Shown in pieces: positions 1 through 8,425 of a DNA stretch of 64,000 nucleotides; positions within the stretch are counted from its first letter, which is position 1; each line of letters starts with the position of its first letter. The translations under genes and the position numbers were made by a program. Origin of the DNA: an uncultured Pseudomonadota bacterium. Lineage in GTDB: Bacteria > Oederibacteriota > Muellerivitia > Muellerivitales > Muellerivitaceae. The stretch is from the NCBI GenBank assembly GCA_963836235.1, contig CAWIIP010000005.1:128001-192000 (forward strand), read 5' to 3'. The notes under the pieces were generated by a model. That model was not told the DNA's origin. It saw only the letters and a list, made by a program, of their open reading frames with translations, and searched no databases.

Positions 1-664
1 TATTTCCACCGAAATTCAATTGGGACGTGCGGTCCAAAGTGACGCCCCGATCAGAAAACATCTTGGCTAGTATTCGATGGGTGATGGTGGCGCCAACTTG
101 GGCCTTGATATCGTCGCCTAAGATCGGCAGGCCCGCTTGCTCGAATTTCTTAGCCCAAGCGGGATTGGAGGCGATAAAAACCGGCATGCAGTTGACTACC
201 CCGACTCCCGCCTTTATGGCTTCATTCATATAAAACTTCGTGGCTTCCTCACTCCCCACTGGAAGGTAATTGATAAGGACATCGGTTTTAGTTTCTTTGA
301 GGATTTGGGCAATGTCGGCTGGCTTTTCAGCGGATTCCGTGACGACTTCCCGGTAATACTTGCCAAGACCATCATAAGTATGGCCGCGATAAACCTTGAT
401 ACCCAGCTTGGGAACATCACAAAACTTGATAGTATTATTGATGGGAGTAAAAATGGCCTCTCCCAAGTCTTTGCCGACTTTGTTGGAGTCCACGTCGAAG
501 GCGCAGGAAAACTCGATGTCACCCACGTGGTATTTGCCCAAACGCACGTGCATCAGCCCTGGGACAAACCCCTCTTCTTCGGCGTTTTGATAAAAACGGA
601 CACCCTGAACCAAAGAAGAAGCGCAACAGCCAACGCCCACGACCGCAACCCGAATTTTAGCCAT
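1..664 (-). CDS. ino1: myo-inositol-1-phosphate synthase (3' end runs off the window)
   Basis: Absent from the ORF track; manual translation from ATG 664 gives [21 protein letters not shown]...[11 protein letters not shown]...NCMPVFIA...[15 protein letters not shown]...QLNFGGN, the bacterial MIPS motifs; SD GAGG upstream. Confidence 0.93.
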   Translation of the reverse strand, partial: MAKIRVAVVGVGCCASSLVQGVRFYQNAEEEGFVPGLMHVRLGKYHVGDIEFSCAFDVDSNKVGKDLGEAIFTPINNTIKFCDVPKLGIKVYRGHTYDGLGKYYREVVTESAEKPADIAQILKETKTDVLINYLPVGSEEATKFYMNEAIKAGVGVVNCMPVFIASNPAWAKKFEQAGLPILGDDIKAQVGATITHRILAKMFSDRGVTLDRTSQLNFGGN

Positions 665-696
665 AACCTCAGGAACCTCCCGACAAGATGACAGCT

Positions 697-1302
697 TTAC
701 CTGCTTTTAACATTCTGCGTTTTAGTCCAGACCCAATGTACCCGTTGGGCCACTGTCACCAAGGACAATATTCCTACGACTTCCAGGGCCAATATCGGTT
801 TGGCGAAAAAAAAACCGAGCGCCAGCAGGATGACTCTTCCTGGCCGGGGTAACCACCCGACCTCGCAATCAATGCCAAGCCCTTCCGCCCGAGCCCTTGT
901 ATAGGAAACCAACAGGGACAATATACAGACGCCAAAAGCCAATAAAAAAACCTGAGGATTCTGGTGTTGGTAATAATACAATAGAAATCCGCCAAAAACG
1001 ACCGCTTCCGACACCCGGTCCAAAGTGGAATCCCAAAACGCCCCAAAAAGCTTCGGTTGCCCGTTATTCCGGGCTAAAGATCCATCAAGGACATCAAAGA
1101 ATCCGGCCCCCAAAAGCCAAAGCCCCGAGGGGATCCATCTTTCCTTTAAAAACTCAACGGGCACCATGAAGGTCACCAAAGCCCCAGTAAAAGTCACCGT
1201 ATTCGGTCCTATATGCATGGCGCTTAATACCCCACAAAAGGGTTTCAAAGTATTGTCAATCCATGTTTTAAGCCGACTTTTCTTTTTGGAAGGTCTCTTG
1301 AT
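697..1302 (-). CDS. CDP-alcohol phosphatidyltransferase, probably phosphatidylinositol-phosphate synthase type
   Basis: GPNTVT and DVLDGSLAR-x8[10 protein letters not shown] signature; [11 protein letters not shown] motif; next to ino1. Start uncertain: TTG 1248, or ATC 1302 behind AGGAG. Confidence 0.85.
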   Translation of the reverse strand: MKRPSKKKSRLKTWIDNTLKPFCGVLSAMHIGPNTVTFTGALVTFMVPVEFLKERWIPSGLWLLGAGFFDVLDGSLARNNGQPKLFGAFWDSTLDRVSEAVVFGGFLLYYYQHQNPQVFLLAFGVCILSLLVSYTRARAEGLGIDCEVGWLPRPGRVILLALGFFFAKPILALEVVGILSLVTVAQRVHWVWTKTQNVKSR

Positions 1303-1317
1303 AAAAATCTCCTGGAA

Positions 1318-2055
1318 CTACTTCAGCGAAAACCGTTCGCCCAAGTAAATCTCGCGGGCTTTCTTGTTGGACGCCAATTTTGCTGCCGTACCCGAAAGAA
1401 GGATTTTTCCCTCGAACATGATATAGGCCCGGTCCACGATAGAAAGGGTTTCCCGAACATTGTGGTCCGTAATGAGGATTCCGATTTTCTTTTTCTTAAG
1501 AAAACGAATGATGACTTGGATATCCTGAACGGCGATGGGGTCGATACCCACAAAAGGTTCATCCAAAAGGATAAAATTAGGTTGGAGTACCAGGGCCCTG
1601 GCAATTTCCACCCGCCGCCTCTCCCCTCCCGACAAGGTATAGGCTTTTTGTTTGGATAGATGGGAAACTTTCAGCTCCTCCAATAACTCCTGTTTCCTTT
1701 TCTCTCGGTCTACTTTTGAGAGAGGTGTCAATTCGAGAATCGCCATTAGGTTCTCTTCCACCGAGAGCTTTCGGAAAATAGAAGCTTCCTGGGGAAGATA
1801 AGCGATCCCCATCCTAGCTCGTTTGTACATGGGCATATGGGTAATGTCATGGGCTTGGCCCTCTTCCTCAAAAAAAACCAGGCCAGCGTCGGGAGCGATA
1901 AACCCAGTTGTCATATAAAAAGTAGTGGTCTTTCCGGCTCCGTTGGGTCCCAAAAGCCCGACGACTTCTCCTTGGTGGACTTCGATCGATACGTGATCCA
2001 CCACTTTTTTCTTGGAATAAAGTTTCACTAGATTTTGAGTCCGAAGAATTTTCAC
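1318..2055 (-). CDS. lptB: LPS export ABC transporter ATP-binding protein
   Basis: [44 protein letters not shown]. Confidence 0.96.
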   Translation of the reverse strand: MKILRTQNLVKLYSKKKVVDHVSIEVHQGEVVGLLGPNGAGKTTTFYMTTGFIAPDAGLVFFEEEGQAHDITHMPMYKRARMGIAYLPQEASIFRKLSVEENLMAILELTPLSKVDREKRKQELLEELKVSHLSKQKAYTLSGGERRRVEIARALVLQPNFILLDEPFVGIDPIAVQDIQVIIRFLKKKKIGILITDHNVRETLSIVDRAYIMFEGKILLSGTAAKLASNKKAREIYLGERFSLK

Positions 2056-2099
2056 CGGTACGGCCTCACGTTCATTTTTCAGGCTTTAGATAACATACT

Positions 2100-3050
2100 T
2101 CAAAACCCACCCGGATGCTGGGGTGAACCAGTATTATTCGGCATAATGGCATTATTACCTAAACCGTTGGGATTCGTCATCGGGGCCGAAGGACTAGTAA
2201 CCGTACTGGGACCAGAAGTCCCGGAAGTCGGGCTTCCGCCAAGCCCGGCTTTTTTATCCGTTTGAGTAGTCACAGGCTTTCCGTTGGGATTGAAAATAGC
2301 GTCGGCCATTCCTTCCACAAAAACGCTCCTATCTCCTCCCATAGTGGTAACAATCCGCCGACCTGACAAAAGGCCATTTTCGGCATAAACCTTCGGATCA
2401 TCTTCCAGGACGAACTTATCGTCTTGCGAAAGAAAAGTCGCCTTTTGGGCCTCCGCATGCCCGTCTTTATGAAGGATTTGGATATTTTGGTTGATAACCA
2501 CCGTCTTTTTCTTGGAATCCACCTCCATTTGCCGCCCAGTAACCGTAACGGGACTCCCGTTTTCATCCAAAGTGGTTAAAACCGGATGGTCGTGGGCCGT
2601 CATCAAATTCATAAGATCTTGGTATTCCAAATTCCCGCAAGTAAGAGTGATGCCCTGGCTCGAATCCACCACATAGACATGGCCGTTGGCGGTGGCCTCC
2701 CGATTATCTTCCATTGCATGGATCTCGTCGGATATCAGGACAATCTTGTCATGTATAGCTTTCACATTGCCCGAAAAAAGGGTAAGCCCCTTGGGCTTGT
2801 CGAACATGAGCCGGTGGGATGAAATATTAACCGGTTTTTTGGACGAAATTTGCTGGTCTTTTTCAACTTCAAAAGCCGAAAGAAAAACAGCGGTCCCAAA
2901 AAAAGTCGCTATAAACGTAAATAAAAACCAAGTCTTGGAAAACGATGCGATTTTTTCAAAAAGGGCACAACGAACTAACCGATAGAATAGTATCGCCGTC
3001 CCTGATTCACGATCAGGTATCAAAATTTTTATTTTCTGTTTTAAAATCAT
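2100..3050 (-). CDS. lptA: LptA/OstA-family LPS transport protein (start probably further downstream)
   Basis: Beta-jellyroll repeats (FSGNVKA, ATANGHV); lies between lptC and lptB; low-complexity C-terminal tail. Confidence 0.75.
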   Translation of the reverse strand: MILKQKIKILIPDRESGTAILFYRLVRCALFEKIASFSKTWFLFTFIATFFGTAVFLSAFEVEKDQQISSKKPVNISSHRLMFDKPKGLTLFSGNVKAIHDKIVLISDEIHAMEDNREATANGHVYVVDSSQGITLTCGNLEYQDLMNLMTAHDHPVLTTLDENGSPVTVTGRQMEVDSKKKTVVINQNIQILHKDGHAEAQKATFLSQDDKFVLEDDPKVYAENGLLSGRRIVTTMGGDRSVFVEGMADAIFNPNGKPVTTQTDKKAGLGGSPTSGTSGPSTVTSPSAPMTNPNGLGNNAIMPNNTGSPQHPGGF

Positions 3051-3064
3051 TTTAACCGTATTTT

Positions 3065-3727
3065 CTAAAAAGGTTTGGCTTTTGAAAAATCCTGGATCTC
3101 CTGCATATCCCTCACTTGAGTCCTTACGTCTTTATTAAAGCGGATGTTATTGAGTTGCGTATCGGCAACCAATCCAACGGCAGTGATATCGTCCATCCCC
3201 TTAAAAACATGGACCAATCCATCAGTTTTGATCTGGTCCGTATCCGGATCCCAGTTGAGCTTGTCGGTCTCCAGCTTCGATCCATTTTCCACGATCAATT
3301 CCACATGGCCTTCGGCTTGAGTGGCGTTAGTCTCCGTATTCACAATGGCGCTGTCGGCAGTCAGGGTTGAGACTAACTTATCCTTTTTATAGTACTGGGC
3401 ATAAACATTGTCTGAGTAGGCTTGTTTTTGATTTTGGTACATCCTGGCCACATCAGAAAACAACTCCCACCGCTTTTGACCTTGCACGGTGGAAACCAAG
3501 TGGAATTTTTCAATCGTGGCATCGGGAGAATTCGCCCCCTCGAACACTGTTTCAGGATTTGTGGGCGAGGGATCATTTTTGACCAATCCTAACGCCAAAA
3601 TAACCATGGTCATAACCGCCGCCCCTAAAAGCCAAAAATACCTTTTAAGGCGGACAGATCGGGGTTCTTCCTCGGGGACTTCCGTAATAGGTTCCAAAGG
3701 AACTGAAAGATTTTTATTTTTCGGCAT
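3065..3727 (-). CDS. lptC: LPS export periplasmic protein LptC
   Basis: One N-terminal TM helix; LETDKLNWD..TDQIKTD..V motif; operon position. Confidence 0.85.
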   Translation of the reverse strand: MPKNKNLSVPLEPITEVPEEEPRSVRLKRYFWLLGAAVMTMVILALGLVKNDPSPTNPETVFEGANSPDATIEKFHLVSTVQGQKRWELFSDVARMYQNQKQAYSDNVYAQYYKKDKLVSTLTADSAIVNTETNATQAEGHVELIVENGSKLETDKLNWDPDTDQIKTDGLVHVFKGMDDITAVGLVADTQLNNIRFNKDVRTQVRDMQEIQDFSKAKPF

Positions 3728-3828
3728 TTACCAGCCCCTGTTCACAATTCAATACTTCTTCCATAATTTGGACGCGCCCATCGGCAAAGGCGGGCTTATC
3801 CCGAGCGGAACCCCAAGTATACTCCTGA

Positions 3829-4740
3829 TCAAAAGGGCCAATCATCCTTCTTAGGCTTGGTTTTCCAACGTTCGTGCATCCACATCCATTGGTCGGGATA
3901 GGCCCGGACATAGGATTCAATGACTTCGGTATAGCTTTGGACGATTTCCAGAATATCTTTTTCCTTATTTATCGTTTGGGGAACTTCTATTTCTTTTTCC
4001 ACGAGAAGCTCATACTTCCCATCCTTTCCTCGAACCGCAAAGGCCGGCACCAAGGCAGCCCCGGTCTTTCGGGCGATCCGGGCTACCCCCGATTGGGTCC
4101 AAGCCAGTTTCCCAAAAAAAGGGACGAAGACACCCTCGTTCCCTGTGTCCTGGTCGCACAGAGCCAGGATAAACTGTTTTTCTTTTAACGCGTCCAAAAT
4201 ACCCCTCAAGGCCAATCCCCTCTTGATCATCAATGTGGCGCCCAACTTCTCGCTGCGAAACCAATTCACCAGATCGTCAAACCGCGGGTCATAAAGACTT
4301 TGGGCCAGCGCCGATCCCTTGCCTTGGGTGCCCAAATACCCCCCCAATAACTCCCAATTGCCCAAATGGGCGGTCACGACGAAAAGACCCTTGCCGCGCT
4401 TTAAGGCTTCTTCGAAATGTTCCAGCCCTTGAACCCGGACAACCTGGGACACAATTTCCTCCCGGGTCCAATTCAATTGTCGAATGATCTCGAAAAGATT
4501 TTGACCCACCCGCGCCCACACGGCTTTTGCCAATTGCTTTTTTTCCATCTCTTTTAGTTGGGTAGGATAAGCCGTAGAAATGCTTTCAAGGGTTTTGCGC
4601 CTTTCATCTTCCGAAAAGGCAAAAACCAAGTTTCCAAATATCTTTCCCAAAACGCTAACCCACTGCTCAGGCAAAAACAAAAGGATGGCGATAATCAGTT
4701 GAGCGGAGTAATAAATCAGGTGATTTTTGAATTTTTTCAT
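3829..4740 (-). CDS. lpxL: lipid A late acyltransferase (LpxL/HtrB family)
   Basis: AHLGNWEL, DQD, VPFFG and PDQWMWMHERWK motifs. Confidence 0.85.
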   Translation of the reverse strand: MKKFKNHLIYYSAQLIIAILLFLPEQWVSVLGKIFGNLVFAFSEDERRKTLESISTAYPTQLKEMEKKQLAKAVWARVGQNLFEIIRQLNWTREEIVSQVVRVQGLEHFEEALKRGKGLFVVTAHLGNWELLGGYLGTQGKGSALAQSLYDPRFDDLVNWFRSEKLGATLMIKRGLALRGILDALKEKQFILALCDQDTGNEGVFVPFFGKLAWTQSGVARIARKTGAALVPAFAVRGKDGKYELLVEKEIEVPQTINKEKDILEIVQSYTEVIESYVRAYPDQWMWMHERWKTKPKKDDWPF

Positions 4741-4825
4741 ATCATTTTTCTCTTCCCAACCGCTAAATGAATCACGTTTGGAAAACAACCAATTCAAATG
4801 GGTGGTTTAAATTGGACAAAAACCC

Positions 4826-5374
4826 TTAGATAAAAAGACTGTTCGCAGAGGAAGCTTTCTGGCTATTGGCCCGGTGAAAAAGTCTGACGGTTTGATTCCA
4901 CCGACCCTGGGCCTTCAATATTTTTTCCACCACTTCCCGGAAAGCTCCTCCCCCCGCGGGAGTCCGCGTGACGTAATGAACGGCTTTTTTCACCTCAGAA
5001 CGGCCATAAGGTACGGTAGCGGACCACCCCACTTGGGTTAAAAGGGGCAGATCGATTAAGTCATCCCCCATATAAGCCACCTGGGAAAGTTTCAACCCAA
5101 GCTTTTGGCAGAGATTTTGGGCGACGGTCAGTTTGTCCAGCTTACCCTGATAAAGGAAGGGAACCTTCAAGTGCTTAGCGCGCTTTTCCACCGGTTTGGA
5201 AAGTCGTCCCGAGAGCCAGCCTACGGGAAGATTTCCATAGGCTGCCAAGCGATGGCCAATACCATCTTGGATGTCAAACCCGACAAATTCTTCCTTGACG
5301 CCCAGGCAAACTTTTCCATCGGTTAATATCCCGTCGACATCTGTCAAAAGCAGTTTGATGTTTTTCAGGTTCAT
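4826..5374 (-). CDS. kdsC: KDO-8-phosphate phosphatase (HAD family)
   Basis: DVDGILTDG, MGDDLIDLP, GGGAFREVVE. Confidence 0.92.
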   Translation of the reverse strand: MNLKNIKLLLTDVDGILTDGKVCLGVKEEFVGFDIQDGIGHRLAAYGNLPVGWLSGRLSKPVEKRAKHLKVPFLYQGKLDKLTVAQNLCQKLGLKLSQVAYMGDDLIDLPLLTQVGWSATVPYGRSEVKKAVHYVTRTPAGGGAFREVVEKILKAQGRWNQTVRLFHRANSQKASSANSLFI

Positions 5375-5437
5375 AGCCACTTCTCTTTTGAATTTCATCT
5401 AAAGAACTCACCGGAATCAAAGGCAAAATCTTGGTTT

Positions 5438-6406
5438 TTAGACGATTTTAATTCTTCCCCGACCCAATAAATCATGCAAATGAACCAAACCGACGGGACG
5501 TTTTTGGCCGTCTACCACGATCAATTGAAATATGGATTTTTCTTCGATGAGTTGAAGGGCTTGGGCGAGTGTCGCCGAGGAAGAAACCGTACTGGGATGG
5601 GGCGAACGCAGGTTGGAAGCGTTCCAACAACGGATATCAGGGTTTTTCAAGAGTGCCCGGCGCAGATCACCGTCCACAATGATTCCCTTGAGTTTTTTTT
5701 GGGAATCCACCACACAAGTTGAGCCAACCCTCTTGGCGTTAATTTCCCTGACAATCCTGCGGAAATCCGCGGTCAAGAGAACTTTCGGCACTCCAGATCC
5801 ATGCCTCATGATATCCGCAACCTTTAGATGAAGCCGTTTGCCCAATTCGCCCGCGGGGTGAAAAAGCGCGAAGTCCTTTTCCGTGAATCCATGTTCTTCC
5901 ATAAGCGCCACCGCCAAAGCATCCCCCATGGCAAGAGCTGCGGTCGTGCTAGCGGTCGGGGCCAACCGCAAGGGGCAAGCTTCTTTTTTCACGCCCACAT
6001 CCACCACCACATCATTTAAGCGAGCTAAAGAAGAATGGACATCACCGGTAAAGAGGATAGTCTTACAGCCCATACGTTTAAGTAAAGGCAGGAGGGTTTT
6101 CAATTCTTCGGTCTCACCGCTATTGGAAAGGGTCAAAACCACATCACCCTTCGCGGCTTTGCCCATATCCCCATGAAGCGCCTCGGCGGGACTTAAAAAG
6201 AGGGCGGGTGTTCCGGTGGAGGAGAGGGTCGCCGCAATTTTCTGGCTCACCAGCCCGGACTTTCCCATGCCAGTCACGATCACCCGGCCCTTGGAGCGAA
6301 GGATAAGTTTCACCGCAACCCCAAAGGATTTTCCCGCTTTGCGGGAAAGCTGGAATAACCCCTCGGCTTCGATTCTCAAAACCCGCCTGGCTGTCAAAAT
6401 GCTCAT
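5438..6406 (-). CDS. kdsD: arabinose-5-phosphate isomerase (SIS plus CBS domains)
   Basis: TGMGKSG, EALHGDMG, SNSGETEE, EACPLRLAPTASTT, HPAGELG. Confidence 0.95.
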   Translation of the reverse strand: MSILTARRVLRIEAEGLFQLSRKAGKSFGVAVKLILRSKGRVIVTGMGKSGLVSQKIAATLSSTGTPALFLSPAEALHGDMGKAAKGDVVLTLSNSGETEELKTLLPLLKRMGCKTILFTGDVHSSLARLNDVVVDVGVKKEACPLRLAPTASTTAALAMGDALAVALMEEHGFTEKDFALFHPAGELGKRLHLKVADIMRHGSGVPKVLLTADFRRIVREINAKRVGSTCVVDSQKKLKGIIVDGDLRRALLKNPDIRCWNASNLRSPHPSTVSSSATLAQALQLIEEKSIFQLIVVDGQKRPVGLVHLHDLLGRGRIKIV

Positions 6407-6462
6407 TGAAATGACCTTCGTAGGGCGCAAGCGCCCAGGTGAACTTCCCCGAAATTCCTGTT

Positions 6463-7197
6463 TTAATCCTTTACGTATAAATATCGCCCACAGTTGCATC
6501 GTTGGATGGCAATATTTTTGCGGATTTCATTTAATATTTGGGGCGAAACATTCATGTTGCATCCGCTGCAGCTCTCGTCTTCCCGCACTTCCGCCACAGC
6601 TATTTTCTTGCTGTTATTGCGCAACTTTTCGTAACCTTCCGCGAATTCGGACGGAATTTCCCCCAGTTGCCTTTTCCGCTCCTCCTTCTTTTCCAACACC
6701 GACTTGTCACAATCAGCGATCTTTTGCTGGATTTCCTTTTTGTCCTCGGCGGCCTTTTTCTCGGCCTGGGCCAGTTCTTGGCTCAGGCTTTGAATTTTGG
6801 CTTTTTGCTCATCTTCTTTAAAAAGGGATTCCAGGACTTTTTCTTCGATTTTGGATTTATCTTCTTTGCTTTTTTCGATTTCCTGTTTGAGCGCCGTAAA
6901 TTGTTCGTTGCTTTTGACTTCGTTTTGTTGGCCAAGATATTTGGAGATTTTCGTTTCAAGGGTTCCCACCTCGATTTCCTGGGTTTTACGCTGCTTCAAA
7001 AGCTCCTCAAGGGCCTTTTTCTCGTCCTGGACATTACTTTTTAAGGCAAGAACATGGGCTTCTAGCGTGGCGATTTCCTGCAAGAAACCCTTTTTGAGGC
7101 GTTCCAATTCATCAAACCCGGAATCGGTCCTTTGTAGTTCAACTAATTTTTTTAAAGTTTCGGCGAAATCCAATGGATACCCTTTCGTGACCGGCAT
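6463..7197 (-). CDS. coiled-coil protein with C-terminal C4 zinc ribbon (DUF164/CT398-like)
   Basis: Long coiled coil followed by CSGC...CNCGR. Confidence 0.8.
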   Translation of the reverse strand: MPVTKGYPLDFAETLKKLVELQRTDSGFDELERLKKGFLQEIATLEAHVLALKSNVQDEKKALEELLKQRKTQEIEVGTLETKISKYLGQQNEVKSNEQFTALKQEIEKSKEDKSKIEEKVLESLFKEDEQKAKIQSLSQELAQAEKKAAEDKKEIQQKIADCDKSVLEKKEERKRQLGEIPSEFAEGYEKLRNNSKKIAVAEVREDESCSGCNMNVSPQILNEIRKNIAIQRCNCGRYLYVKD

Positions 7198-7333
7198 TCA
7201 TACTTCCGGTGGATTTGAAGTTTAACATGAGGGGGCGCCTTTTCCCCAACAAATGTGGGATCCAATGGTGGCTTTCGGCGTAAAACCATTGCTAAAATAC
7301 GGCCGGGTTTCAACTTCAACCCGGCGAGGCACC

Positions 7334-7813
7334 ATGAACGAAGAAGCAAAAAATAAACTGCTACGGATGATTCCCCACGCCTTATATTTGTTGACCAGCC
7401 GCTCCAACGGCCAAACAGCCGCCGCCACGGTGAGTTGGGTCACCCAGGCCTCTTTCCAGCCGCCTCTGGTGGCCGTGGGCCTCAAAAAAGAGTCCCACAC
7501 TTTTGAAGTGGTGAAACAAGCTCAAAGCTTTACTTTGAATTTTTTCGGAACGGACCAAAAGGAAATAGCCCAAAAATTTTTCAAGCACGTGGAACCCGAA
7601 GGGAACCAGTTGGCGGGCGAGCTTTTCAAGGAAAGTCCGGTATTAAAACACCCTTTCTTCCCCCACATGGCTGGATTTATTGAGTGCAAAATTATCGAGA
7701 TGGTGGAGAAGGGTGATCACGTTGTGGTCGTAGCGGAGGTTTTGGAGGCGGAATCCGGCTCGAAGGAAGGACCACTTTTGCTTTCCACAACAGGTTGGAA
7801 TTACGGCGGCTAG
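7334..7813 (+). CDS. flavin reductase-like protein
   Basis: SWVTQASFQPPLV, GDHVVVVAEV, C-terminal YGG. Confidence 0.85.
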   Translation: MNEEAKNKLLRMIPHALYLLTSRSNGQTAAATVSWVTQASFQPPLVAVGLKKESHTFEVVKQAQSFTLNFFGTDQKEIAQKFFKHVEPEGNQLAGELFKESPVLKHPFFPHMAGFIECKIIEMVEKGDHVVVVAEVLEAESGSKEGPLLLSTTGWNYGG

Positions 7814-8391
7814 TTCGCGCTCAATTTGTTCAATAAAGCTTCAAGGTCGGGGGCTTTTTCAACCTTGATCTCAAAGCCCGTGCGTTTTTGTGGGTCTTTT
7901 TCATGAAGCATTAAATACTTTCCCCCTTCGTAAAGCTGGCTCAAAAAGGGGTTCAAAATTTCTTCCAAAGCGCCAAGACTTTCCGGGCTGTAAGGCGCCT
8001 CCAACCGGTCGTTCACAAAAACCTGTAGATGGTTGGGAGAAAATTTAATTTTCCCTGCCAATTCCGTTTCCTTTTCCAATGTCAAACAAGCCGTAAGGGC
8101 CCTTCGGAACGCAGTTTTCAAATGGTCGTCGACGCTTCTTTTCGGCGTTTTCTTTTGGTTGTAAAGAAATCCCCTTTTGCCATTTTCCTCATCCAAGCTG
8201 TAATTAGCCTCATGAGCGATCAAAAGGACTCCAGGCCCCTGGTACACATGTGTATATTCGGTCACATCCACCAGCAATCCTTCTAATTTATCTTCCTGAA
8301 TCCAACGGTGGAAAACGGGAATAAAGGTGGCCAGCGGAATTTCCATCCCTTTTTCCAGGAAAAACTTCACGTTTATTCTTTGAAGGTCCAT
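7810..8391 (-). CDS. hypothetical protein, downstream partner of the sulfite reductase
   Basis: Clean ORF with SD GAGG, directly downstream of the reductase. Confidence 0.7.
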   Translation of the reverse strand: MDLQRINVKFFLEKGMEIPLATFIPVFHRWIQEDKLEGLLVDVTEYTHVYQGPGVLLIAHEANYSLDEENGKRGFLYNQKKTPKRSVDDHLKTAFRRALTACLTLEKETELAGKIKFSPNHLQVFVNDRLEAPYSPESLGALEEILNPFLSQLYEGGKYLMLHEKDPQKRTGFEIKVEKAPDLEALLNKLSAN

Positions 8392-8425
8392 TGTTTCCTC
8401 AGTTTAAAATTAAGAAATCAAAATT

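Noticed and set aside
137-691. 184-aa plus-strand ORF
   Set aside because: It is antisense to ino1, which has clear family motifs
3714-3920. 68-aa ORF between lpxL and lptC
   Set aside because: It overlaps both neighbours and has no recognisable motif
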